Part shown: positions 1-12,764 of the stretch, piece after piece | Numbering within the stretch: the first letter of the stretch is position 1 | Layout: every line of letters begins with the position of its first letter | DNA from: Camelus dromedarius | Lineage: Eukaryota | Direction: 5' to 3' | Assembly: GCF_036321535.1 (NCBI RefSeq) | Contig: NC_087436.1 | Span: 49,044,001-49,108,000 of the forward strand | Length of the DNA stretch: 64,000 nucleotides | Program-made: the position numbers and the translations under genes | Notes under the pieces: model-generated | What the model was told of the DNA's origin: nothing | The model's database searches: none | The model's input: the letters and a program-made list of their open reading frames with translations, nothing else

Positions 1-1098
1 CATTTTAATCCTGAGCTATCAGAATATTTTAAAAGCAGTAACTCCTAGTAGGAATCTTTAAAGATTTCATTTAAATGCATTTAATTAAACGTATTTAATG
101 TAATTAATTTGCATAACTAAGTCCAAGCACATTTTTTGAGGAAAGAGACCTGCTAAGTGCGAGCTTGTCTATTGGTCCTTCTAGGTTCATCATAGTTTTT
201 CAGTCCAGAATGACAACTCGTAGTGGGATTAGGAGAGTTCAAACATAGTGTGCCTCAAAGCGGGAGAGACAGGTTCTGAGGGATCACATAACGAGTACTG
301 CAGTGGATATTTAAAACTTTGCACAATATCCACATCAAAATGAAGTTTACTAGAACGAATGACCTTCAAGAGAAAAGGAGAAGAAAAAGAAAGGGCAGAT
401 GGGAAGGGGTAGAAATTCAGGGCCTGAAACAAGATGCGTTATAATAACCGTGCCAAATTATCTTAGGACCATCACAAAATAAACTGAAGCTATTTCCTCA
501 AAAGTCATTCAATCTAAGCATGCTAAACATCTCTTACCATATTTGGATGTTATTCAATTCACTCTAAAGGAATGAACACCTATGTGATTTTCAGCAAATC
601 CTGTTATGTCATCCCGGTGACTATAACATGCCTTATTTTTCACAGACATGATTGTAGCTTCATTTAAGATAACCACAATCACAGTTCAGTACAATTACCT
701 AGATAGATCTCATGGTGTGACATCTCACACCTATCTCCTGACATAAACTATCTTTTGTAGATTTCTAAATCGTTTGCTTTCTAGAGCTTCCCACTTCTTA
801 AATTCGGTGGAGGAGGGAGAAGGAAGAGAGAAACTATCAGAAAAAAAAAAAAAAACGACTAGACAATATTAGGAATAATTCAGAACTGGCTCTTTAACTA
901 CGGGAGTATGTAATAGATTTCTCCTATAATATCTGAATTCCATTTACTTTCATTTTCTTATTTCTTATTTTCCTCCTTATAGAGGAGGTAATATTAGATT
1001 TTCTCCTCTGCCTTAAATGTTTTCTTTGCAAATGGAAGAGTAGGAGAAAATGAGCTGGGTGTGCAGTACCCTGGGGCAATTGGTTTCTTGTCGATTAC
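1..1098 (-). other. ARHGEF38: ARHGEF38 intron 1 (5' part; continues beyond the window start)
   Basis: Follows the GT donor at 1098; no further coding exon recognised in 1-1098. Confidence 0.85.
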
Positions 1099-1294
1099 CT
1101 TGTAATTTCTGGTTGTATTCGGTCCTGTCAGACTGGCTCCTCCTCAAGGTACCAGAGTGGTCCCCAGGAACACTGCTCTCAACCACAGTGTCAGTCTTCC
1201 TTCTCTCCAGCATATAGAGCCTGGACCTCAGAAAGGGTAGATTCTTTTTCTTGGTGCCCATGTTTTCTTTCCCGGGGACTTCTTTGGGCTCCAT
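1099..1294 (-). CDS. ARHGEF38: Rho guanine nucleotide exchange factor 38, first coding exon (196 nt, phase-1 donor)
   Basis: ATG at 1294-1292. Translation MEPKEVPGKENMGTKKKNLPFLRSRLYMLERRKTDTVVESSVPGDHSGTLRRSQSDRTEYNQKLQ matches the ARHGEF38 N-terminus as I recall it. Ends at donor CAAG|GTAATC (GT at 1098-1097). The gene neighbours PPA2 head-to-head, as in other mammals. Confidence 0.95.
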
Positions 1295-2100
1295 CAGCGG
1301 CAGAGGCAAGTTCTAGAGGCCCGCGAGCAGTGGCTGGTTGCTAAAGGGCCTCAGGGTGAAGATTAAAGCCACCAGCTAGAAGAGTTTAACTGCCCCCTTC
1401 CAACTAACCGGCTTCGCTGCAGGGTTACCTGGCTGTGACTGCCACCTCCACGGAGTCCCAGGGCTCCACCCCTATGAGGTCATTCTTTTTTATACTTAGA
1501 ATCCAACAGGGGAAGCTGCCACCTGTTACCTGAGAGACCTGCCGCAGGGAGCTAGGCAAAGCAGGGACTGCGTTCACATGCTACAGGAGCAAACAAAAAT
1601 CCATTGTGTGGGGCGAGGGCTTGGGGGCGGGGAGAGGGAAAGGAAAGTGAACCAGGTGAGGCAGGGAGGAGGGGAAGCACGCTTGTGTGTAACCTACGGC
1701 TTATGGGTGAGTGTGTGCCTGTGGGTGTGTACAGGTGCGCTGGGCCACGGCGCTGTGGTCCGCTGCCCTGAGCAGACGGGGCTGGCGTGCGTGACTTTCA
1801 GCTAGACTCACCCACACGTGACCGCGGAGCTAGCGTGGGGCTCCGAGGATTTGCATTCACATCACAACAGCGGGTACAGAATCGTCTTAAGGATTCCTGT
1901 GCCGCATTCAAACTCATGCTTCCGCCCCTAAACACAGCATTCAGAGACTGTTTACTAAAATCATACCCGCCGAACCCTGATCCGCATTCCTCAGAAAACA
2001 AGGGTTGGTGCTGGAGAGGGGTCTGGCAGCAGGCACCGGAGGAGGGAAAGGCCACAGAGGCCTGAAGCTCTTGCGATTTCTTGCTCTCCACGCACTGCCC
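1295..2100 (-). promoter_or_regulatory. ARHGEF38: ARHGEF38 5'UTR and proximal promoter
   Basis: Locally GC/CpG-enriched. TATAAAAAAG on the minus strand at 1494-1485, GC box GGGGCGGGG at 1624-1632, E-box CACGTG at 1815-1820, several CAGGTG/CAGGTA boxes. Confidence 0.7.
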
Positions 2101-2929
2101 TTGTCTGAAATCAGTCCTTTCACGGTGCCAACCCTGTCCTCCCAAGTCCTGGACCCTGGGAAAACAAGAACTGAGTCAGAATGTGATTTCTGTATAAGAT
2201 CTTTTCTCCATCCCTTTAGCAGATGGAGTGCCCGAAAAAGGCAACTGACCTTGGGAAAATAAGAGGAAGAAAAAATGTTTGAAACTGAGAAAAGACGCGC
2301 AGAAAGTGGAAAGGATGGGGGTAAAGGGGGTGGGGCTGGAGAAAGGCAAATAGTGAAGGGCTTTCATTAATTTTTTGAAGTTGTTTGTCATCGTATTTAC
2401 TGAGATTTCTCAAGGGGGAAATCCTCAGAAGCTCTGGGAATGTGCAGAGTGTTTTGTAGGCCCTTGTTAAAGAGAAGAGAGCCCCCACGGAGGAAAGTAG
2501 ACGCTGTTTTATTGTAAAGAGACTGCCAAAATCCCGCTTTGTGCCACCCAGTTTGAATCATAGCTAGCTCTTGTTAGACAAGGTTTATAAATGAGGAAAA
2601 AGAGATTAAAAATGATTTTTCCAACTCAGGATATGTGGGCTGAATACAATTTGTATAATTATCTTAAAAGATAAATGACAGATCTTCACCCACTATAAAG
2701 ACATCTACATATAGCTTGGCATGTTGAATGGATTTTATTTAATATAGTTGATAGATTTTTTTTTAACAAGACATCCCAAGTACATTTAATAAATGTTTTT
2801 AAAAGCACATTCACTGCTAAGATGTAAAATGAGCTTTTTTTGATTCACATTAAAGACATCTCCATTGTATTCTAATATTATGTATACATATATGTTTTTA
2901 TGGTTTGTATGTATGCACCTGGTTACTAA

Positions 2930-3511
2930 CAGACATATACTAACATATGTTACTACCACAAAGTCATGCAATTAAAAGTACAAGGCTTATGAGAAATACT
3001 AGGTTAGGATCACAGCACTCAAAAACTTTGTCAGTGATCCATACAAAAACAGAAAATTAAAAAAAAAATGCTAGCACAGTTTTACATGTGATAAATGGTT
3101 AAGAAATCCATAAAAACGGCAATAAACACAGCAATTTATATTAAAAAGAATTGACAGTTGCTTGTGGAAGTGGTCATTAGAAAAGTTACAGCTTAAGAGT
3201 TATAGTCAGTGTTGGAACAAGTGGTATTAGAAATTGGATGGAAATGTACGTCACCAAATGTGGGTGGTGTGGCCAGTACCACAGGTGGTGAGCTGAAGGC
3301 ACTGGTAATCTTGAGGGGTATACACATGTGAGTTTTGTGTGCTCCCCTTTGGCATCTGGGTACAGTTTTCTACATTCACCTAGTATTTTGAGTGGATGAG
3401 CTCACAGATAAGTAAATGTGAAATTGTGTCATGCTCAAACAGTTCCCTAATACATCAGTTTTGTTGGAACAAATTTGTTTTCAAAACAAAGCATTATAGC
3501 AGAACTGACTG
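2930..3511 (+). mobile_element. TcMar-Tigger DNA transposon relic (Tigger13a-like)
   Basis: Internal 'cactcaaaaactttgtcagtga...ttgcttgtggaagtgg' and terminal 'ttttcaaaacaaagcattatagcagaactgactg' followed by TA resemble Tigger13a. Confidence 0.7.
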
Positions 3512-3699
3512 TAGTAGCTTTATTATATTTTAAAAATTCATCAGTTGGGAAGACATATAATATGGCTACAATTAGTCCAGTAGTAAATATTTATTTTCAT
3601 TTATTCACAATATTTTCTGTGTCAACTTTAAAAACAATAGATAAATTCTTTCAAAACCACCTTTTAGTCACTCAGTGAATGGGACAGACCCTGTTAGTT

Positions 3700-4170
3700 G
3701 CTTTCTCAGTATTCATTCCCACCCCCTCCCACTCCATGCCAACAGATCCTTATTTTGTTCAAGGCAGTATTAGGCTTGGTCAATCATGATGATAATTTTG
3801 TGTCCTATTTTCTAGTCTCTGTTGTCACTAGAGGTAGCTATGTCATCCCAGTCCTGGCAAATGAGACCTCAGTAGTAATCTGCTAGAATGGAGGGGCAGG
3901 GAGTTGATTCAGGGACAGCTTTTGCTTCTCTAATAAAAGATTTGGTAACAGCTGGCTTCATCCAGACTTGATCACAGATGTAGTGCATGGAGCAGTTGCA
4001 GTCACCCTGTGTCCATGAGAAGGGACCAAGAGAACTACTGGCTCTGATAACATTGAGCTATTGAACCAATACTGGCAGCCATCCACCTTTAGACTTGTTA
4101 CGAGGAGAAAGAGGAACCTCCCTTCCAAAAGCCAGTGTTGGTTGGAGTTCTTGTCAGTACATTTCCAAGG
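3700..4170 (+). mobile_element. MaLR LTR (MLT1J/K-like)
   Basis: 'tgtcatcccagtcctggcaaatgagac...ttttgcttctctaataaaag...gcagttgcagtcaccctgtg' MLT1-type motifs. Confidence 0.55.
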
Positions 4171-4669
4171 GATTCAACAGACAGTGCTTGATTAGAAAAT
4201 AAATTCACAGTTCTCTTGCTTATCTCTCTGACACTGTTTAAGCCAATGTGTTTAGAATCACCAGCATAAAACATGGTTTAGTTTTGCTGGCAATGAGAAC
4301 GGCTAGGTTAGAGAGTGTTTTGTCACTGAGCATTTTGCTAGAACGTTAGTGAACCTGGAGGAACAAGGCCACTAATTTGTCTATGTTTTATATTTTATGA
4401 CAGAGGTACAAAAGAATTTCAATACAGGGATTTTACATTACTTAAATAAATAAAATATTGACATTTAAATTAATTTTATTTAGAGTTAAGAATAAGCAGT
4501 TCCTGGTTCATTATTTTAAAAGGTACTAGACAGTGAATCCAAGACCCAGTTTTAGTTTTGGCTAAGATATAAATCAGCTTCACGACATTACAAGTGACAT
4601 CTCTATAGGTCCCAATTCTTTCATCTGTAAAAGGTAAGGATGAGTTAGTCATTGGAGCTATTCACTGAA

Positions 4670-5010
4670 TATGTTTGCAGAGTATTGCACTGCCCTGCAC
4701 CCTCCCAACTTATGTGTGGCCATGTAATTTGATTTGGCCAAAGAAACTGATTGATGTGTGTTACTCTGGAAAAGTGTTGAGGACTAGTGTGTGATCTGCT
4801 GTAGCTTTCTTTCCCTCGTCCATGGTGACTGGCAAGATTCCAGGCAGGGTTTGCTCCATCAGATGAGTCCTGGAATGAGAATGACTTGGAGTAGAGCCCC
4901 CAGCCACCCCATAATTGTTGTATAGTTTGTGCAGAAAGAATTCTTTGGTACTTTAAGTCACCGAGATTTGATGCTGTGTTTTTTTGTTTTGTTTTGTTTT
5001 TCACTCCTTT
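4670..5010 (+). mobile_element. MaLR LTR (MLT1-like)
   Basis: 'tgtggccatgtaatttgatttggccaaagaaa...tttaagtcaccgagatttg' MLT1 motifs. Confidence 0.55.
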
Positions 5011-5229
5011 AGCAAAAACCTAGACTATCCTTGTTGATGTAGGGTGTAGATTAAATGATACAGAAATCTATTTCAGGTCTAGAATTATGTGATTTCCAGA
5101 TTCTAAGACCCAGTGCCCTTAGGCTGTAAAACTCCTAATTCCAGAACAGAGATCACATCTCTTGAATAAAATCATAAATAAATTGGATTGGAGAAAGTAA
5201 AAGAACTTATTTGTATACATTAGGAACTC

Positions 5230-6050
5230 ATCATAGGGGTCCAGGCAAGAAGTGCCTGGAGCTGGTAGTGGTGGTAGAAATGGAGAAATGTTGATGGATT
5301 CAGGTACGTTTTAAAAGTTGAACTGCCAGAACTTGTACATGGTTTGATTGAGGTGAGTGAGTAGAAAGAGGAATGAAGGATGAATTCCAGGTTTTAAGAG
5401 TGACTCATTAGGAGGACGTTGGTGCTATCTGCTAACCTAGGAAGAAAGAAGGACAAGAGAAAGAGGAAGTTCGGTGTGGTTGTCAGGAATTCCATTTAAG
5501 ACTGATTCAGGTTAAGATGGCTGTAAGATACTCAAGGCAAGTGTCAGGTAGACTCTGGATTTGTAAATGTGAAGTCACTATTTAGATTTTAGATTAAAAA
5601 TTGGGAGTCATCAGAATTTACATAATATTTTAAACCATGGATTGATGAGACCATTCAGGAAGAAAATGCATCTGGACAAGAAAGATCAAAGTTAAGCCCT
5701 GGAGAACTCTAAATTTAGAGGTGGGATTGGAGGAAAAGCCAGCAAAGAAGGCAGAAGAGGACAGCCACTGAGGTGGGAAAAAAGCAGGAGAATGTGGCAT
5801 CGGGGAAGTCTGGAAGGAAGCGTTTCCAAAATGAAGGGTCGTCAGTCTGCTGACAGGCCAGATAAAATGACAGTAGAAGATGATTCCTTGAATTTGGCAC
5901 AATGTTGGTCATCTATAAACTTTTCCAAAACAGTTTAAGTAAAGAGGTAGAGGTATAAGGAGGAGTGGAAGAGGCTCCATTAAAGGAGGTAAGGAAGTTG
6001 AAACCCGTGGGAATAACACTTCTGGGAAAGTTTGCAGTAGTTTGTGTTTA
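5230..6050 (-). mobile_element. LINE-2 fragment
   Basis: Purine-rich antisense L2 signature 'gatggattcaggtacgttttaaaagttgaactgccagaacttg...ttgggagtcatcag...ggcacaatgttggtcatc'. Confidence 0.7.
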
Positions 6051-6099
6051 GCAGACATCTTCTGTATAGAAGGATTATACGTAGGTAGAATAGTGAGGA

Positions 6100-6260
6100 A
6101 GGTAGAATCATATCCATATTTTACAGATACTGGAAACAGGCTCAGAGAATTTGAGTAATTTTCCCAGGATGACACAACTTGTAAATAATGGAGTGAAGAC
6201 TCAAATTCAGGCCTTTTGTGTAGCAAAGCCTGAGGTCTTAGCCACTCTGCTCTATGTAAA
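6100..6260 (-). mobile_element. MIR SINE
   Basis: Core 'attttacagatactggaaacaggctcagagaatttgagtaattttcccaggatgacacaact'. Confidence 0.75.
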
Positions 6261-6647
6261 ATGCTAGCAAACTACCTGCCATACAAAAAGTGCACACAAA
6301 GGCACTTTTTTTTTTCACCATTAAAAGCATCTAGAAACAATTGTCCACTACCTATCTATCCTTTATCCTTTGGGATGAACCTGAGGGATCTGAAATCTTA
6401 CCACCATCTCAAGAGATTTTCATGCAGTTAAACTTGGGCAGTTCCTGCAGCATTCTCCCGATGTCTCCCTACTCCTGTTCATCTTACCCAGTGCCTCTTG
6501 AATTTCCTTTTTAACCATAAATTTGATCATGTCATTCTTCAGATTAAAAAGCTTGACAGATGGTTTCCCATTGCATGTAGAAAGAAATCCAAACATTCTT
6601 TAGGCTTCAATCAGACTGTCCAGTTTCGTTTCCAATCGCTTACTCTT

Positions 6648-7215
6648 CTAGTTATTGATTGCTGAATAACAAATCACCCTCAAAACAGTTGCTTCCAGCA
6701 ATGATTACCACTGTATTAGCACTCACAGCTTCCTTGGATGGGGAATTCAGGGAAGGCTCAGCTAAGCAGTTCTGATGCGGCTCCCTCATGTCCTTGTAGG
6801 TGGATGTTTGCTGGAGCTGGAACAGCAGGCAGCTAGAACAGCCACAGGTCGACCAGGCAGCTTTCTCTCTTCCTATGGTTTCAGGGCCTCCTTCATCTCT
6901 CCACATGGGCTAGTTTGAGCTTCCTTCACATCATAGCAGCCTAGAGAAGTCAGACTGCTTATTTAATCGTGGCTCAGGACTCCAAAGGAGAGTGTCCTAA
7001 GAGAACTAGGCAGAAACTATATCCACTGGTATGACCTATTCAATGAAGTCACATAGTGTCACTTCCACCATCATCTCAGAGCCTACCCAGATTCAAGGAG
7101 AGGGAACATAGACCCCCACCCTCTCAATGGGAGGGGTATCAAAGTTGCATTATAAGAAGAATTTACAAAAGGGGAGAAATTGCTGTGGTTATCTTTGGAA
7201 AATGCAATCTGACTC
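6648..7215 (-). mobile_element. MaLR LTR (MLT1-like), inserted in an L2 3' region
   Basis: 'tagttattgattgctgaataacaaatcaccctcaaaac...gaagtcacatagtgtcacttcc...cccagattcaaggagaggga'; L2-like sequence on both sides (6460-6640, 7240-7545). Confidence 0.65.
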
Positions 7216-9914
7216 ATATATTCCCATTACCTACTCCGTATTCTGTTGTCTTCTAGGATTGATCTTGTTCAAGCTGTTTCTTTTACTTGGAATAGCTCTC
7301 CCCATCCTGTGAAGTCCTACTTATTCTTCAAGACCCAACTTAAACTTCCCCTCTTCTGTGACATTTCCCTCCTGTCCCTGAGAACAATCACTCACACCCT
7401 CTTCTGCAATCACATGGCCGCATACCTCTGTCTTAGCAGTGGGAGCTCTGTATACTCTGTGACTCGTTAGATTATAAGCTCTTCAAACCATTTGCCTTTG
7501 AAATCTCATTACTAGCAATACGAGATCAATAAATGCTTGTTTTCGTGGGGGTCAGAAATAGCAGCTTTAGGTCTTTTGCAAGCTACTGATTTATGAGGAA
7601 AGGCTTCGCTGTAAGCAGCAGGATTTTTTTTCTCTCTCTCTGATTAGTATTCTCTTCCCAGAAAAGGAGGATATAGATCTGGAAACAAAGGAGAAAATCA
7701 GAGAATATTACTTCCTCAAAGATGAGGTCATTAATGCATTTGTGAGATGACCATAAAGCCAGCTTTGAGAGCTTCCTATTCAACTATAAATTGTTCATAG
7801 GGACCCTGCTATCTGTAGCTGTGTTTCTATACCCACTGCTCTGCTTCCTGAAAGCAACAATTTCTGTTAATGCACTGACCGAGCAGCAGCATAATAATCC
7901 TGTCAACAAACAATGGATGGGAGCTGAGGTTTGAAGGAGGTAAACCTTCTAATGTTTTTATCCTTTTGACTGAAGTAATTTTAGCAATGACATATGGTTG
8001 TACTTGGGCCTTTGTCTCAGCTGTAATGAATCATCCGTTGCAAGATTTTCAAGGTTGTTGGTGGGCGAGGTGAGTGGGGGCCGGTGGGGGAACCTATCTT
8101 GGGAAGGGGAAGAATCTTCACAAGTGCCTGGGATAGCCTGGCTATGATCAAAACCAGCTACATAAGCAAGAAAAAGTGTCCCCAGAATCTTTGAAAACCA
8201 TCTATTTAATGATGTCAGTATCTAAGTCAGAGCATTGGGTTGGTTCAATTTCCAACAGTTCATGCTCTTCAGAATTCATTTAACAGTTATTCCAGCAGAA
8301 CTGCAACTTGAGTCAAAATGATTGATACAGAAGATGAATTGTTCTCATTTCCCAGGGAGAGTCCAGAAGACTTTTTTTTTTTTTCCTCCTCTCCAATTTC
8401 TCCCATCTTTATTTCCCAAAATTTGGGTTTAATTGGCATTAACTAGCTTCTAAGTGTGAGATAGAACTATAGGGACTTTTTATTTTAGTTGTAAGCAGCC
8501 AGCTTTCTGTTTCTTTTATTGTAACCATGAATAATTAGAAAACCATTTATTGAAAAATAAAATCTTAATAATGTAGTTGAATATTTAAATTTACATGTCA
8601 CAGTACCTTGTTTCATATGCAGGATTATACACTGAAGACTCAGAATATATGACCCCTAAGTGATCCTAGAGACTCAAGTTAAAAGAAACTATCTTCTTTT
8701 CTTCCACCTTTAAGGATTTTCTTTTTTACTTCACTTGGTTTTTGTTTGTGCAGAAACCCATTTGCTGTAAGAACTCAGTATATTGACTCCAAGCAGATAC
8801 ATGTGCTTTCTTAGTTTGGAGGTGAAAAGTAGTAATTGTAGATTATGAGGAGAAAGAACATATTTTTAATAAGTGCGGCAAGGACTCATGTAAATCACTT
8901 AAGCTAAGAAGCATTTTTTTAATGGATTGAGTGACCTTTAAAAGCACATTGACCACTGAACTAATCATAGACATCAGCCTCATTAATTCTGAGATTACTC
9001 TAAGACTCTTAGAGATAAACTATCCAGCCTCTCTGACTCAGTTTCTTCACCTTTCAAGGCTGAGATCCAGATTGGGCTCTGGATTTTGTGGATCTGTATT
9101 GCTACGCCTTCAGAGAATAGTATTAAATTCAAAATTATGGTATCCATAGCAACCATAACTAGGTCAGTTTGCACTCAGAGTAACAAATAACAGCAGAGCA
9201 TCTCTATCCTTTCCGACCATCCTCTGTGTTTGCAAAACTTCTTAAGGCTGAAAGCAAGTGGCTTTGCAGGAAAAGGGGCTAGTAGCATCTGGGAGAGTTG
9301 TTTTTTAATTTATGATCCACACATTCAGAAAATTTCCTTCAAATTAAACAATGTGTATATGATTTTACTTTGCCCAACTAACATGATTATTTGAATAATG
9401 GTTTTTAGTCTTGAAGCTTTAATGATTTATTTTAAAGTATTGTGATTAACATCTAATAAAAGCAACACCTACAGAGGCTTTGTTAAAAAAAAAAAAAGCT
9501 AGAGTGACATGGAGATATCTTCTTCTTTCCACTTTGATCACAGCTAATATTTTACTCCAAAGCTACTGTTTTCTTATTAAATCAAGAAATAGAGATTATT
9601 TCTTTCCATTTATCATTCAAGAATTTTTATCTAATAGTATATATAACATAATATATTTTTATGAAAGAAAACAATTATATTTATGTATTTCACATTTAGG
9701 AAAAGTCCAGAAAGATACATATACAGACAGTGGACCTAGAGGGGAGAAGAGGGGAATTTTCCCTTTTTACTTGAAACATTTAAACATTTCTGTGTTGGAC
9801 ATTTTAAACAATCTACTAGTTACTAAGTTCTTTATAGCACTGAATTCTTCAAGTCATCCCCAGTCAAAATACTGTCTCCTTTTTAGATCAATAAGCCAAC
9901 AAGAGCATTAAGAC

Positions 9915-10130
9915 TAGCTACCATTTATAAACCATCTACTGTGTGCATATCATTTGCATAGTGTAACTCATGCAATCCTCGGAACAACTCCAGGAGGCAA
10001 ACATTAACATTCTTGTTCACAGATGGAGAGATGAGGCTAAAGGCAGTTACATAGCTTCACTCTAGAACATCTGGTAGAGGCAGAAATGAGAGTCTAGCTC
10101 AGGTGTGCCAGCTCTGAGATCTGTGCCTTT
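9915..10130 (-). mobile_element. MIR SINE
   Basis: 'ccatttataaaccatctactgtgtgc...tcacagatggagagatgaggctaaaggcagttacatagctt'. Confidence 0.65.
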
Positions 10131-10519
10131 CCCATCAAAGTACATTTTTCTTCATAAAAAGAACAATCTCTGCCTTTCCTGTGGCCTCTGAGCAGGTGAT
10201 TCCAAAAAACTGATTGTCAGAGCCAGTGAACATTGAATTCGATTTTCAGCCTTAACCACCTACATTTTAGGAAACTGATATCCAAAAACTTAAGTAATTG
10301 TGCAAGGTCATCCAGTTGATCAGTTGCAAACCCAGAACCAGAATGGAGTCTCTTGATGCCTAAACCATTTCTCCCCACTTCCCACAACATGTTATTAAGC
10401 CAGACACAATTTCTCCTCTAATTCACAGTTGTAAACTGTGGCATAGTTTGGCTAGACTCTCAAAGACAAATAGCCCATTTTGTGGTCCATCTCCACACAT
10501 ATTTCCCCCCTCCCTTTCT

Positions 10520-11152
10520 TGTGACAATATATATGTAGATTAGGAGCAACCCAGAGCAACCAGAGACAAATTTAAAAACAAATACACCATTTGATTCTAA
10601 ATGTGCTAATATTTGCCCTAATATTAGTATGAATAGTGTATAAACAAAATCTGCAGGCCATTTTGGGAGTGGGATTATAAGGCTGAAAATCAGAATTGTA
10701 AAGAAACAAAAAGTTTTTAGGGTGCGAGTAGGTTGAGAAAATAGAGGGAGTTTTAGAAGGCAAGAATAAGAGAGATTTAGTGAGAACATAGAAGGTGAGA
10801 AAGGAGAAACTGCTCAGAGACTCTGAACTGGACTGTGTTCACCCCAAGAGAGCGCTTGTGGAGGGAGCTTCACTAACCAGACTGTTCAACGGGATATTTA
10901 ACCCCATCTCGGGCAGACTGTGGGCAGCTGTTTTAACCTGTCACCAAGGAAAGAAGCTTGATCTAGCAAAAGGAATCTTGACTCCTCTGACAGGTTCTGA
11001 GAGAAATATTTCATATATAGTTATGGCACGAGGTGTGACTGTGTGTGTAGGACTTGCCATTAGAATATAGGTATCTGCCCCCAGTTATGCAACTGTGTCT
11101 GAGCACCCAAAATGCAGAGAGGGAGAGGGTGAGCTTAACCCAGTTTTATACA
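10520..11152 (+). mobile_element. possible ancient LTR (Gypsy-like/LTR8x class)
   Basis: TG...CA bounded block with general LTR-like composition; family not firmly recognised. Confidence 0.25.
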
Positions 11153-11356
11153 AGTTGTGTTAACTGTTTTCTGTGTGTTTGTGTGAGAGAGAGAGACAGA
11201 AAATTTGGTGTAAGACCTGTTTTCCTTATAAACCTCTCCACCTCTAGTTTTTGGTAACTACAGAAACTATGAGAAAGAGCCTAGTAGTTTTAGATGATTA
11301 AATTACCTTTAAGGTAGATTTTTAAAGTTATTTAAAATGTTAAAATAAACAAGGAA

Positions 11357-11500
11357 GGGGGAAGGAATAGCTCAGTGGTAGAGTGCGTGCTTAGCATGCA
11401 CGAGGTCCTGGATTCAATACCCAGTACCTCTGTTAAAAAACAAACAAACAAATGAAAAAATAGATAAACCTAACTACCTCCCCTAAAAAAACCCAAAATA
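11357..11500 (+). mobile_element. tRNA-Ala(AGC)-derived SINE (camelid vic-1 type)
   Basis: GGGGGAAGGAATAGCTCAGTGGTAGAGTGCGTGCTTAGCATGCACGAGGTCCTGGATTCAATACCCAGTACCTC, then an A-rich linker, 'aaacctaactacctcccc' and an A-rich tail. Confidence 0.85.
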
Positions 11501-11544
11501 AATAACTGAACAAACAGACAAAACTGGGTACATCTAACTATCAG

Positions 11545-11547
<3 letters not shown>

Positions 11548-11575
<28 letters not shown>
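11548..11575. repeat. (AT)n microsatellite
   Basis: About 14 perfect AT units. Confidence 0.95.
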
Positions 11576-11578
<3 letters not shown>

Positions 11579-12764
11579 ACCCTCATGTAAGACATTTTCA
11601 GAAGTCTATTGATTATATTAAATCCAAATCAGTACCTTTCTTTTGGCCAATAAAAGCTTCTCTCCAATATAAATGCTGAGTTACCAAGTCTTATTTCATT
11701 TTAAAATATAGCCTTTAATTTTAGGAATTCCCTTTTGGGGGATGATTTATTTCCCAGACAGTCACTGAGGTCTCTTTTCCTACCTTTAATACTAGTGTAG
11801 AGGGAAGCACTGCTTTGACTATTAGCCACAGAGGGAAGAAAATTGTTATCAGACTGGTGACTCAAAGATAGGTACTCCACATATTTGTCCACAAAAAGGA
11901 CAAGAAATAGGCTTACATATAAACTCGAAGGAAAAATAAGTATTTTCTGAAATACCATCAGATTTGAGTCCTGGACAAAAGCAGTGATAGGTATTAGGAG
12001 AATTATGAGAGCTCAAGATTAAAAAAAAAAAAAAAAACTAGAAATGAAAGTTTTTCATTTCTGAAAGTTGGTATCTCAATTAGCTTATTACACCAAAGCA
12101 TTGTGATTAAAAAAAAAAATACCTATCAGTAAAGAACAGCTTCCAAAGCCCTCCTCCTTTTTGTCAGTCTAAGCCTTCCAGATAAAAGAAAGAGAAAGGT
12201 GTCTTCCCTGTGGCTTCAGGATCCCCTGGAAAACAATGGCTTCAAGTGGGCACCGAAACTGCAGTTTCTTAGACCACAGAATATACTTCATTTACTTAGG
12301 TGTGGGGTGGAGGTTAGGGCAAGGTTTGTTTTTTTTTTTTCCCAAATAAAACTTCCTGTGTACCAATATGTAAAACAGAAGAGTAAAGTCTCTAAGGCAA
12401 GCTAAACTCTTGTTAATTTTTTTGATTGGTGGAAAAGATCCCGCCATTGCAGAATCTTGGGAGCACATTCTCAGAACCCAATGGCTCATATTCAGAACTA
12501 TCCCATGTTAAGAAAGTTTAATTTGATGATTTGAAGATATTAAATCTTTTAGCTCAGATTTAAGAACAGCTGCTTGAAAAAACCCACAAGTGCTTGTAAC
12601 GCTTGCCACAGAAAGTTACTGTCTTACCTTTCTATTTAGTACATTACAGACCAAAAATTAGAAAAGGTGTCCTATAAGCACATAGTTGAATAAAAGAGAA
12701 TCAAAACATAAGTTGAGGAGTTTTTGCTTCTTTCTGAATTAGACGGCAAAGATGCTACAGAAAT

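Noticed and set aside
1013..1309. 98-aa ORF as a complete protein
   Set aside because: Only 1294-1099 is coding. The TTG-started extension and the tail after the GT donor (GNRQETN...) are UTR and intron read-through.
9480..9911. 143-aa ORF
   Set aside because: Non-ATG start, AT-rich repeat-like DNA, no homology recognised
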